A program made the position numbers and the translations under genes. A stretch of DNA of 64,000 bases from contig CM082589.2 of assembly GCA_040954595.2 (NCBI GenBank), positions 2,662,075-2,726,074 of the forward strand. The letters run 5' to 3'. The notes under the pieces are model-generated. The model made no database searches, was not told the DNA's origin, and was given only the letters and a program-made list of their open reading frames with translations. Below are positions 1 through 47,503 of the stretch, one piece after another. Numbering within the stretch: position 1 is the first letter of the stretch; each line of letters begins with the position of its first letter. This DNA comes from Balanoglossus misakiensis (taxonomy: Eukaryota; Animalia; Hemichordata).

Positions 1-2
1 TC

Positions 3-2429
3 CGAGAAAAGGACAATGGCAGACTGCGATTGTGCCTAGACCCAAAAGACCTGAACAGGGCTATCAAGAGGGAACACCACCCAACACCGACCTTAGAGGA
101 GATTACTCCTAAGCTATCTGGTGCAAAACTATTCAGCAAACTCGATGCCAAAAACGGGTACTGGAACGTCAAGTTGAACGAACAGTCATCACTGCTCACC
201 ACTTTCAACACCCCATTCGGTCGCTACCGGTTCCTGCGCATGCCATTCGGCCTCAAAATGAGCCAGGACATATTCCAGTACAAGATAGATGAAGCATATC
301 GTGACTGCAGCGGAGCCATCGGAATAACAGATGATGTCCAAGTATACGGTTATGATGAAGAGAACCATGACCTTCACCTCCATGAAGCCATGGAGAAAAC
401 AAGACAGGCAGGAATCAAGCTGAACAAAGACAAATGCAAAATAAAAGTCACCGAGTGCAGTTTCTTTGGAAACCTGTACACAGATAAAGGAGTCAAGCCG
501 AATCCAGAGAAAGTTCAAGCCATTGAGATGATGCGACCACCGAGTGATAAGAAAGAGCTTCGTACCTTTCTTGGGCTAGTAAACTACATGGGTCCATACA
601 TCCCCAAACTGGCAGAACACACTGCTCCATTGAGGGAGCTCCTCCATGAAGATGTAAAGTTCAGGTGGACTGAATCACACACCATGCGATTCAACGCAAT
701 CAAATGCCTAATCAGTGCAGACACAACACTGAAATACTATGACCAGAAGAAGCCAGTAACCTTAGAAGTTGACTCATCTGGCATAGGAATAGGAACCGTA
801 CTGATACAGGACAACCGTCCAATTGCCTTCGCATCAAAGGCCCTGACACCTGCCGAAAGCAGATATGCAAACATTGAACGAGAGCTATTAGCAGTAGTAT
901 ATGGCTGTGAGAAATTCCACACATACCTGTATGCCCGAAAATTCCAGGTTGTGAGTGACCACCGTCCACTAGAACAAATACACAAGAAAAACCTGACCCA
1001 AGCACCACCACGTCTACAGCGTATGTTACTTCGCTTACAGCCATATGACTTTGACATAGTATACAGGCCGGGCAGACAAATGGTAATAGCTGATGCACTA
1101 TCACGATTATCACCACATGACAAGAAAGAAATACCAGAAATGGAGGTAAAGATCCACCACCTGACAAACGTCACCCCAGTCAAACTGACACAAATCAGAG
1201 AAGAGACCGCAAAAGATGCCAAGCTCCAAATACTGACACAGCAAATACTGCATGGTTGGCCTGATAGTATAAAGAAAATACAACTAGCCATACGTGAATA
1301 CTGGACAATTCGCGATGACATATCAGTGGAGAACGGCATACTTCTAGTGGGCAGTCGGCTACTAATCCCCACAAGCATGAGACAGGACATACTGCACCAA
1401 ATCCACCAAGGGCACTTAGGAATGGAAAAGTGCAAACTTCGGGCCAAATCATGCGTATATTGGCCAGGGATCTACAAAGACATAGAACAAGCAGTCGCAA
1501 CGTGTGATGCATGCCAGAGATTCCAGAACTCGCAACAAAAAGAGCCCATGATCCCCACAGAAATCCCTCCAAGACCATGGCACACTGTAGGAGCTGATCT
1601 GTTCTACACAAATGACACGTGGCACCTCATCATCGCAGACTACTACTCGAAATTCCCGTTCATAAGAAAACTGGAAAACTTGCGAGCGAGCACAATACTG
1701 AGAGTTAGCAAAATCCTATTCTCAGAACAGGGCATTCCAGAAGTCCTCATCTGTGACAACGGCTCACAATTCACTGCCAGAGAATACCGGGCTTTCGCTG
1801 AACAATACGGTTTCAAAATCAAAACCTCATCGCCATATTACCCAAAAGGCCATGGTTTCATAGAACGCCACATCCAGACGGTTGAGAAGATACTCAACAA
1901 ATGCAAGGGAACTGGAGAAGACCCCAACATAGCAATGCTGTCGCTACGGGCAACGCCACTCAGTACTAACATAGCGTCACCAGCTGAATTACTAAACGGC
2001 AGGAGATACAAAACCACACTTCCAACGAAGATAACACCACCGATGAACCGCGAAGAAATCCATCAACACCTTAAATCAAACCAAGATACACAAATTCATC
2101 ACTACAATCAACATGCCAGAGCATTACCGGAGCTGTATGAAGGTCAAAAGGTCAACGTCCAGAGTCCCATCAAAAAGACATGGACCCCTGCCAAGATTAT
2201 AAGCACAGCCAGTACACCTCGCTCCTACATAGTCGAAACAGAAGGAGGAAGCCAGCTGAGAAGGAACAGAATACACCTGAGACCTCAGCCGGAAACCACT
2301 CAGCAAGCAAGTCCTGGCCACCAAGAAGACACGGCAGATAAGGAACCTGAAGAACCTGTCCTACAAACCCCCAGACCTAGAAGGAAAATACAGATGCCTT
2401 CAAAATACAATGACTTTGTAACTGACTAG
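3..2429 (+). CDS. Ty3/gypsy retrotransposon Pol polyprotein (RT, RNase H, integrase), 5' truncated by window edge
   Basis: Open frame from the window start. RT motifs LCLDPKDLN, FSKLDAKNGYW, RMPFGL, ITDD; RNase H YANIERELLAV, SDHRPL, ADALSR; integrase zinc finger HQGH...C-x2-C and core GADLF, DNGSQF, ER. Confidence 0.95.
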   Translation, partial: REKDNGRLRLCLDPKDLNRAIKREHHPTPTLEEITPKLSGAKLFSKLDAKNGYWNVKLNEQSSLLTTFNTPFGRYRFLRMPFGLKMSQDIFQYKIDEAYRDCSGAIGITDDVQVYGYDEENHDLHLHEAMEKTRQAGIKLNKDKCKIKVTECSFFGNLYTDKGVKPNPEKVQAIEMMRPPSDKKELRTFLGLVNYMGPYIPKLAEHTAPLRELLHEDVKFRWTESHTMRFNAIKCLISADTTLKYYDQKKPVTLEVDSSGIGIGTVLIQDNRPIAFASKALTPAESRYANIERELLAVVYGCEKFHTYLYARKFQVVSDHRPLEQIHKKNLTQAPPRLQRMLLRLQPYDFDIVYRPGRQMVIADALSRLSPHDKKEIPEMEVKIHHLTNVTPVKLTQIREETAKDAKLQILTQQILHGWPDSIKKIQLAIREYWTIRDDISVENGILLVGSRLLIPTSMRQDILHQIHQGHLGMEKCKLRAKSCVYWPGIYKDIEQAVATCDACQRFQNSQQKEPMIPTEIPPRPWHTVGADLFYTNDTWHLIIADYYSKFPFIRKLENLRASTILRVSKILFSEQGIPEVLICDNGSQFTAREYRAFAEQYGFKIKTSSPYYPKGHGFIERHIQTVEKILNKCKGTGEDPNIAMLSLRATPLSTNIASPAELLNGRRYKTTLPTKITPPMNREEIHQHLKSNQDTQIHHYNQHARALPELYEGQKVNVQSPIKKTWTPAKIISTASTPRSYIVETEGGSQLRRNRIHLRPQPETTQQASPGHQEDTADKEPEEPVLQTPRPRRKIQMPSKYNDFVTD

Positions 2430-2459
2430 TAAATTACCAATAGACTATGCTCGGCAATA

Positions 2460-2498
<39 letters not shown>

Positions 2499-2788
2499 AG
2501 AGAGAGAGAGAAATTTGTTGCAACAGTGACTTTTGCATTTTCTCGAGTTTTGCAGTTTAACAGAGTTCAGTTTGTAGAGTTCAAATATCCTCTTTTGTCT
2601 AGTTATCAGTGAGGTTGAAACAGTTTTGAGACATTCCCGTCAACTTCTTAACAGGACTTTTCATTGACGGCTTCGAACAATCAGACTCTTAAAACAGATA
2701 GTGTTGCATGCAGATCTCACTCGAACATTTCATGAACACTTATCACCAGTTAATTGTTGCTTGATATTCAACTTTAAACAAGAAGGGA

Positions 2789-2990
2789 TGTTATATTCTT
2801 AAGTACATTGATTCCAGCATAGCGCCATCAGTGGTGAACTTTATTCAAGCATTGTATTACCCATCAACCCTTGTTCATCATGGCTGCTCTCTAGTGAATA
2901 AACGTCAGTGTTATAGCCTACACAATCAAAGTCATCCAGTCATCTTTTAACCAGTGACATTGCTTTACACGGACACCCCTAAAATAACCA
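2789..2990 (+). repeat. putative 3' LTR (~200 bp)
   Basis: Starts TGTTAT directly after the PPT, contains AATAAA (2897-2902) and ends ...AATAACCA, an imperfect inverse of the start. The 5' LTR is outside the window, so the end point is unconfirmed. Confidence 0.6.
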
Positions 2991-5900
2991 TAATTTATTT
3001 CCTGTAAATAAACCAAATATATTCATTTGTTCATGTATTTTTATAAGTAGTACTTGTTGACATACAGTTCTGATTAACATGGTATATAGACATCCCATGC
3101 TATGCAAAGTTTGTTTTGAATATCTTAGCTTTGCAGGGCTGTGATATATTTTTAAAATTCACAGAATTTATACCTGTGACTCTATCTAGGGAAATTATAT
3201 AAAGACATTTGATATTTTAAAAAGTAAAATGTAATTTGTATGACATATTGATTTCTTGCTAGTTGTATACCATTCAACGGAGCACAAGAATGAAAGTGTC
3301 CTGTCTCGTTGCTTATAATAGCAGAAATAAGTACTATGTAAATGTATCTTCTCCTGGCTCATTAATTGTGAATGTAATGGGCTTTCCTGCAGGTTGCATC
3401 ATTTTACAGCAGGTTGGATGCTCACAGGCAGTCTTCCGAAGAGATTATGTGTCAGTCCTTGTCTAGCCATGCATGCCAGACTGATAATGGTTCCTGCCAG
3501 CAATAAATGCATGATTAGCTTCTATATGTATTTTCCTAAATTTGCTGAAATTGTCTTGCCTAATAATTGTACAATTTGTTGAATTTTTATCTGACTAGAT
3601 ACATCATAAACTTTAGGGGAACATTTTAAGCAGCATCCCCGTTTTGTAAAATTCATCTGACAGGATAACAAAATGTTATTTTTCTTTTCGAATTATGCCT
3701 AATAAAGCCAAAACCCTATGAGTTCCCATCTGACGAAAATCTGTAATAAAATTCACCAACTTATGGTGTTTTTATACAAGACTGTCTTCAAAATTACTGT
3801 CACATAAAATTCAATTACTCTCCTAGAAACCTAATTTGTTGAAAAATAGCAGATCAGTAGACAGGTTAATTTTAATGCTCAAGCAGAAAATATGTGAGAG
3901 CTTTCCTGATCCATGCTGACACATAATATACAATCATTCATTAATTCACCTAATGGCTGGAAGCAGCACAAGACTTAAGTGATATTTTCTCATGCCTAGT
4001 ACCATAAAAGTCATTAATTTTCAGTGAGATTTCAGTTTCAATGCTTTGTTTTCATCTGAGCTTGTTTGCTCACTATGAAGATATGAATGTATCTGACCAT
4101 AATAATATATTCATGTTGGAAAAAATTGACTATGAAAATCTGTTCCAATATTGGTAATGTTATGAATAGTATATGTCTTGCATTACATTTTAATAATTGC
4201 CAAATTTTAAAGGCTATTTATAATTAAGATGTTCGTGAAATAATTAATCTGAAATTTAAATCATTCATGGCCTGTACATGAGGAGTACTGTGTGCATATA
4301 AATTATGATGAATTAAATAAAAACGTATTCATAATGATTGCATGAGGCGAAGTTCTGTGCTGTTATTATGCAAGAGCAATCATTTTGCACCATTCTGCTC
4401 CATGGGAGCATCTTAAAAAATTCCACTTTGAATTCCCCATATTCAGTTCTTAATCAGTTTTAATTCTGCAGACAGATTGGATAATATATCTTTCTTTCCC
4501 TAAGGTGAATGGTGTTTTTTGGTCATTTATCATAGTTGTTGACTAGAATGATAGCCCATATTGGGTAACTACTACAGTCAAAGTTATGTTCAGTGATGGC
4601 TCATATGCCAGTGCAGGTTTGCTGTTTGAGCCAACTTCAGGAAAAAACTTTCATGAAGAAAATAGATGTGTATTTTATTATAAGATAGGGTATGTCAGAG
4701 AAAAGTTGTTCAACATTTTCTTTATACGCAAGGTAGATTGAAGCAGTCTTTCACGTTGTTGACAATAAGTGTTATAGAGGACATGTCATAGGTTTCACCT
4801 TTCTGCAGATCAACTGTGCATGCGTGATCAAGTACATCTTAAGAGTTCCTGAGAGAGCCACTGGAGTATTGATCTTCTGACCGATTTGCTAATGCCCGGC
4901 TTACAAGTACTTAGGGATTCTCTGTATGTTTTAGATGTGACACTATGTTAAGTGATACATGCGGATATGTTCACAACTTCTGGGGTGAATGGCTGTGGAC
5001 TGACACGATGGATACACCTTAGAAATTCAATATTGCCAGTGTCACTATATATAGTCAGGAACTTGGACTTTTCTGGATTCTGAACAGCGAGTTTCCCCAT
5101 TCATGTCCTAAAACCGAAATAACATAAAAAGTGGAGCAACATTATGTACAGTCGAAAACAAGTGAACAGTATCATAGTCAGATGACTGCATGGTGCCACA
5201 AGGCACATGTTGTATTGTAACATCTCTCAAGTTTCCACCAATACATCAACCATAAGATGAGCTTATTGTCACTGAAATGATCTGATATTCCTTGTCAAAC
5301 ATGTTTCAGTAATGCCCATATTCATGGTTCCTGAAAATCTGATATTTAAATTCCTTGGTAAATAGTTTATAAGGCTTTTATCACATGTGAATTTGAATGC
5401 ATGCAACATACATCATGCATAAAGGTACGTATTCTGTGTAATGCAAGTTATCACAGATGTGCGCGACAGTCAATGTTCAGATTGACACTTCCGGGTTGGC
5501 TCCCTTGTGGGCGTAGATGACTAAATACACAGCTTATATTACTAATGGGAATTCGGATGGTAGTGTGAGCAGGTGTTGGTAGCGTGGTCTTATTTCCTTT
5601 GTTGTATCCTCTTGAGAATTGGAGTTATTTCTGATGTGCGTTAATATTTAAATGGATAAACCTCATCCTAGACAGATCTGATGATGTTCCACCTGAAAAT
5701 GACTTTGCAGTGTTAGAGTTGAGATAAACTATGACTTTGGTAAAAGTTTTACTCACGGACATTAGGGCTTGATATGAGAGTCCCCATGACGATCTGATAT
5801 TATGATCATAACTACTTAGTATCCAGTTTTGGGAATAGGGAATATTTTATTAGCAATGGTACATTAATATCAAGCAATGGAATGCTCCCACCTTACTTTC

Positions 5901-6810
5901 AGTGACACGTGTTATCTGCATTCAAAGCATGTCAGTTGTATTTAGATTCACTAAGGGATACTGTGTTATTTACATTGGAGGAGTCGCTCAGTCTTCCACC
6001 AGTTTTGCTGGATGGCGGTGATGAGTCATCTGATTTTATTGCAGGCCACATGCGACTTATTTGCAGTACATGATAGGTCGGCAAAACTTCTTTGATGGTA
6101 GATTATCACTTAATGACTCCAGAAATTAGGGATCACAAGGAGAACTTGTTTAAAATCATGATTTTAGGAGTGTTTTTGTAAAGCTTCACAGTCTTTAATT
6201 TACATAACATCATGCTGCATTAATAAAGAAATTGACATCTACTTGGCACTAGGAAATTGCTCTCTTAAATATACATGCTCGGATGCTCTTTGTAGATTAA
6301 GATTAAATAATTAATTTATTATAGATTCAACAGTTTTATGTGTGGGAAGAGTGTTTGCAAAGTGTTTAATGTTTTGGGTGACCTTTACATTGATGAGTGT
6401 GGTTGACAGCCTACATGCATCATGATGTGTGTATGGATGTGGTCACGAATCTACACACATTTTACTGGGCTATCAGTTTCCTCAGAAAATGTTATCATGC
6501 CCTCTATAGAGAAGAATTTTTTTCGAACAGACTATTGGCAAGGGGTTGCTGATATTGTACTGGTGGTAATATTAATGGTGTAATATTATAGCTGGCCAGA
6601 AATGCACACAATTCTTGTTTTTGTTAACAACACACAAATATATAAACATGCATGTTTTTATAATACAAAGTGGTAGTACTAACAACAACCCAGTTCTTTT
6701 AATAGTTGATACACGGACAATAAGGAGCCCTGAGTTCAGTTTGTGTGTCCTAGGTTTTGTAATTGTGCTGCTACACTCTCTGCTTTCTGTTTTGTATTTA
6801 CTTACTACAG

Positions 6811-41427
<34,617 letters not shown>

Positions 41428-43465
41428 TTCAGTGAACACAACATGTCATGTTACTTAATTGAACTGCCATTTGCAAGGATAAGGCTGCCATAGTGTCAAT
41501 TTCTTTCTGTCATACATGGCAAGTATTACTTTAAGCTTTCACCATCCGGACAAGATGTCCTTCATGAAACTTTTGTAATGTTAGCATGTGTCACTTGTTG
41601 ACATAATTCTCTGTACCCATTCAAACACAGTCAGACATGAATTTGAGTGTGTTGGTTATATATATTGTCTGTGGCCAAGTGGTCCATATAGGGTTTCCAA
41701 GATTACGAGTTTAACAATTTACATGTACATTAGCATGAATATAGAAGAGTTTATAGATCCAGGTGTACATATGTATTAAGATATATGCGTGGAGTGATGT
41801 CTCAAGAATTCCAGCATACATTTATCCCAATATAGCACTTTATAGATTTAATGCATGGGTCTTGTGTGTGACTGCCAGACGACATGTTACCATGCTAATA
41901 TCATTAGCTGCTAGTTGTAAATATGCTAATAACCCTCTGAAACACTGCCTTTGAAAAGCTCCCTAACACATGTAAAATGTGTTGAGTAATTGCCAGGTGT
42001 TCTGCCCAGTTGATTGTCAATGGATCTTTCAGTAATATGCAAAACTTAGAAGTATTACAGAGTGGCGAGGGATGTGCTGATAAGTGTGCTGTGAAACACG
42101 TTATGGTTTTATCTGTATATAGTAATGTATCCCAAGAGTTTTTATTACTTTCACTTTGCATAAGGTACTTATAGTTTTGCTATATTTAAGATATTATTTT
42201 GGAATGAAGTTTGCACACCTGACCATGTGCCTAGTTGTCAGAAGAACATTCCAATAACTGAGCCTGAATTCACCATCTGTACATACATATAATATACTTA
42301 TAGGCATCTATGCAAAGATTAACTTCTAGTTGACTTATCATGACTTACAAGATTTACTACTTACAATTATGTAAATGTTATCACAATTTCATAGATTGTG
42401 GGTAGGATGTTGACATCTGCATTTCTTACTGGTAATCTTTACATGTGTACATGTAATGGTATGCATTGTTATTGCTTAATTCAGTGACTTAAACATTACT
42501 TGTTCTCAGCAGAAATCAAACCCATTTTATTGGACTTCGCTATGATTGATACTTCCATTAGACAATTTATTACTTTAGGATAGCATTCAGTTCTGTGTGA
42601 GTTATTTTCTATGCAACTGTAACACAAAACAATCTTTGAATATTGTAACTACTTAGATTTATTGTCAGTCAGTCAGAAATATGATTCTATTACCCATGAA
42701 TCCAGACTTAACCAAATACCAAAATTGATTCATTTACTCTGATGTTAACATGAATGTTACATATATAATACTTATTTCTTAAAGTTTACATTTATTGTCA
42801 AGTTAACAGAATAACCAGTCGAAACTTTCAAATAGATGCTAATATGTTTTAAATTTTTTGCTTCAATTATATATTCTTTATATAGTTTATTTATATTTCT
42901 AGAATATAATGTTGAACTTTTACAGGTTACACATAGTAGGCTTAGTTACTTATATGGAGTGTTCTTATATTTTGCTGTGTATATTGTAAATTGTGCAATA
43001 TGTCAAATAAATAATCAGTTGACAATTTACTGCTGGTAATGTTTATGACTTATTCAGAAAATAAGAAAAATGAATGTGTGCATACTATAGATAAATGCCA
43101 GTTAACCTTTCCAACAAGTATTTCCCTTGCCGTGAAAAACAACAACTTAAATCAGACTGCTGTCTATATCTGTCAAATGTTTCTTTTGTTGAATTTAAGA
43201 TTTATGCTGTCTACTAATAGACATGCATAACTCAAAGGTTTATGCGCACAGATGTATGTTACTAGGATATTGACTTTGTGCTTATCTCACTCTCAAAGTT
43301 TGCCAATATAACAAGCATTTCAGCGAAATTATAAAAGTTACTGGGCAACCATATGGTCAGTCAGCAATTTATATGACACCATTTTCACATCTGCTAACCA
43401 GTTCATCATGTTAAGTGTATAATCCGAAAACACGTACTGGCTTCTCTGTCGAATTGCATATAAAT

Positions 43466-45530
43466 TTAGAGATAATCCTTCGCAACCTCTGAAATATCAG
43501 GAAAGTCACTGGTGATGTCATAATTTTTCCCTCGGTTAAACGCCTGTCGTTCATGGAAGACGAACTTCGACCAATGCGATTTACCAACACCGATGAAGGT
43601 TTGACTACCTGTTGGTAAAACAAAAATTGGACATGGTGAAACTATATATATAAGATATATTTTGTGACAAGTGACAAGGCGGTATACTGTACAAAACTAA
43701 AGCCAATACATACGTGCACAAAGTTCTTGTTCTGCCAACGATATGAAATAGTCATCAGTACTGAATGAGTCAATGTCAGGGTTGTGTAGATTTAAGACAT
43801 CGTCTGTGGTGCGAATAGCCGATATCCCATGAGAGTGGAACTCGCTTATAATATTCTGTAACAGAACCAACAGTACTCAAGTCACCTTCTTATCGTGCTG
43901 CTCGTGGCTATACATAATACAGGTGGCACAAATATGTTGGCAAGAATCATGTGATGGGATGGGATGGGATGGTAGAAATGTTTAATAGGGAGGTTAATTA
44001 GTAGGGTATCTGCATTTCTGTTCCACAAATTTCAGCAATTTATATGCCATGACAGTTACAATTGATAGTGAATTTCTGAAGTACTGCTCATCTTGTAAGT
44101 ATTTGTCTTGAATTTTTTTGCTAACTTACATCCCGGGGTTCTGCTGGTGCAGTTGCAATAAAAACGCATCCAAGCTTATCCTGTTTCATTATTATTGAGA
44201 TGTGTGCGGCGAGGCGTCTTAGGATTTGGAGTTGCATCTTCAGGAGATCATGACATCTTGGATCTTTTTCCCCTTCTCCGTAATGACCAACTCGACATCT
44301 AGTTGACAGAAAAGGGTAGATTTTAAGACGTGAATGGAGACAGAAAAACTAGACCAAAATAAATGTGTTGCTTCCAGTGTCCCCAAAATTTCAATGATTT
44401 TTTTCTGACCTGGATGTGGAATTCTGGATAATTCTTCCCATATGCGAAGGAAAGTTTTAGCGGACAAGTCCTAGGTTAAGTAGTGCAATGATCGTAAACT
44501 TTTTTTCCATTTGGACAACTCACTTTTCACCCGTTTTGTTTCTCCAGTGCAGACATAATATTGGGTCACCATCACACAGTTTGGGCAGGATGTCTCCGAC
44601 ACAGTCGCGCAGAAACTGCGTTCTCACCAGATGCCCATCGATGGCTTGAGACAGTTGATCCATGTCTGGGAGACTTCCACGTGCCCCCTCGAACGCCACT
44701 GGTGTCAGCATTACTATGCATTGCTCGTGATTGGTCGCTTTGACTCCTTGCCAAGCCGTGGTCACTGAGTGTGGCACAGATAGGCTGTTGACATCTGGAA
44801 TTCGGATTTTGGTGAATTTAAATAACCAATCGGCTTGCGTTTGATACTCACTAGCCGTCATCGTGGATGATGGCCTCGCAGGGTTGTAAAAAGTCCAGGC
44901 TGCGCTCACATTGGAGCCGCACTTCTCCATGAACTCGCTGACACTTATGGCCGGCGTGAACTCCAAGAAAACGCTGGCATTGAATGTTTCCTCGAAGGAT
45001 ACTCTCCCAGTGTGGTAATCAGAGCGATGGTGTCTGAATCCAGGCAAAACGATGGTTCTATTCATGTACACAGCAAATAGAACAGCGATTTTCAGTTGCC
45101 TGTATTGAAAGCTTGGCCCACCACCCAGATGCACAATAGGAAACAAGTAGCGATTTTCCATGGCATGGCGCACAGTCGTTGGAACTACACTTTCAAAGCT
45201 GTTTGGCTGTATTCGTTGTGGAAACTGGCTTTCAACATGCTGTTGTCAAGAAACAGAAAAGAAGAAAACGCATAGCAATGATTAATATATGTTGTGTACT
45301 AGATACTACTCTGATTTCAGATTTTCAACTGAGATTCAAACTCTGGTCACTGCACATACCTCTCGATGATTTGAAACAGTCAGCGTCTTGCGAACTTCAC
45401 TGTATACCGCAGAAATCGAAACCGGGGTCGTGACATGTTTGAATTCGGTTTTGAACAAGATGGGATAAGCAGAGAAAACGGCGACAGAACCAACTATTAC
45501 ACAGACTAATAATCTGTTCATGTTTCCCAT
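43466..45530 (-). CDS. O-fucosyltransferase-family (POFUT-like, GT-B fold) type II membrane glycosyltransferase, ~446 aa, 5 exons
   Basis: Exons 45530-45360, 45239-44524, 44298-44130, 43855-43714 and 43608-43466 join in frame (1341 nt). N-terminal TM; motifs GGGPSFQY, NRTIVLP, LHWR, VFIAT, SLAEQELCARSQTFIGVGKSHWSKFVFHER. Confidence 0.85.
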
Positions 45531-47503
45531 GGTGGTGGTATGTCAACTGTGTGTCATCTGGTCTACACCAATGATTTTATTATTGCCACTGGGACAGGTA
45601 CGTGACAGCTAGGATTAATCATTAACAAATATATCCCAATGCTTTTGAAAAAAGCTTCATATCCGAAATTGCTGATTGCATGGTTGTGCCTGAGCAAGAC
45701 AGACAGGAGTGTGAACAAAATGAATACTTGTAGATCTGTCACTGTGATGAAAATTCAATGTTTATATCCACAAGAATTTTAGTACAGAAGACTCGGATGC
45801 TTAGCAACAATACAGTAGTTAAAAGAAGGTATCAAACTTTAGGAAAGACAGATTCGATGGTTTCAATACAGTACTTCATATTTTATCAACGGGGGTTTGT
45901 ACACCTGAACGATACTTTGTCATCGTTGCATATTACCCCAAAATGAGTACACCAGTCTCTGGTAAAGATAGAAAATATTGCCAAGTAAAAGCATTCATAA
46001 GACAAGGGAATATCAAAGACGTCATGTTCAAGATTATATTGTACAAATTTAAGTTGACGCAACCACTTGAATTAGATCAGTAAGATAACAATCGTTTGAC
46101 AGTAACTCGAAACTCTTCTAGGTTTTTAATCACAGAGTAGTGATCCAGCTACAGACAAACCTTCATTTAATGAGTCCTACTTATTTATCAATTATAAATA
46201 TGATCTGGTTCAGCTAATACGACTAAAAATTTTATTCGAATACACTCGAACCAGCCGAGGTAATCCCGAGTAACTGAGTGAGTACATTTACTGTAACTAT
46301 TCACATGGAGTGAATTTGAAAGATATTCGTACATTGTACACACAGCAGGCTTACATTAAAAGCTATGTTAATATATGAATTCTTTTTCAAATGTTATCGT
46401 TTTAAAGGGATCGATTTCTATAACTATCACAGTATATGTAACGATAAAATGACATTTACTTCTGGCAAACTTTCAATGTCAAATGTATAAAACCTTGTAC
46501 TTATCACTGATATATATTTTAACAATATAATTCTATGACATAATTTTTGAAATCTTTATTAATCTTCAAATATTAAAAATCCAACTCAAAAGTTTTAGCT
46601 TGTTGTCTTATTAGGTGAAACAAACTTTATGTTAGCAATGTCAAAGTTAACATATTTTTTTTTACATTTGTCATCTAAGTGTAAACGACTTTCTCTCGTG
46701 GAATAGAGTGAAAATATTTAATGTTCGAATGTTTAATAATATCATTATTATTATTGCAGAGCTAGCTATTGTGCAAACATTAATTTCATCAATCTGATAT
46801 TTACAAAAAAAATCGTCTGTGGACAAGCGAACAAACAAAATATAAATCCAGAAATCACTGTGAGTTGGTTGGCGAAGTAAGCAAAACAAACTAATGTGCT
46901 ATAAGCTCAGACCGGAACAGAAGGAAAAACAAGGTCTCAATGAGTGGAAATAATTTCCTTACATAGTTGTCATCGCAAATTTTTTATCAGGTTAATCTTT
47001 TTGCTTTTTGTTAAGCTGGTAGTGAAAGAGCACCTTTAAAATAAAAGTTCGAATCCTACCCTGGCTTTTAGAATGCCCCCAGAAGACGACAAACGTCTCA
47101 ACAAACATTGCTTTTGCCATGCACATAAAAACAAAACAAAACTTTAAAATGGCAAGATATCTATTTCAGTAAGAAGCAAAACTTGCTGTTAAAATAAGTA
47201 TGAGCTGTAAGAAATTCAAGTTTGCAAGCCATGTAACACCTGGTGAGGAATTCAATACGACTTGCTTGGCAGATTAACTTCGAATGCTATGCGTCCATTC
47301 AGGTTTCTTTCACAACGTCAAAATTCTTCCCTGTAATAAAATGTAAAAAGAAAACTTAAATTACATCTCTATTTCGCAAATTAATAACATGGTATTACGA
47401 GAGGACATCATAGGTGAATCGAGGTGTTTCATTCTGCTCGACAATTTCTAGGTATTTGGACATTTTTTCTCTGAAAACTGAGACGACATATAGGCCTAAG
47501 TAA

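Larger units (their letters stand above)
1..2990 (+). mobile_element. Ty3/gypsy LTR retrotransposon, 3' part
   Basis: Pol ORF, then an untranslated region with A36 (2461-2496), a polypurine tract AAGAAGGGA (2780-2788) and an LTR-like segment starting TGTTAT. Confidence 0.9.

Noticed and set aside
189-2324. Minus-strand ORFs up to 236 aa over the pol gene
   Set aside because: Antisense shadows of the pol frame with no recognisable motifs.
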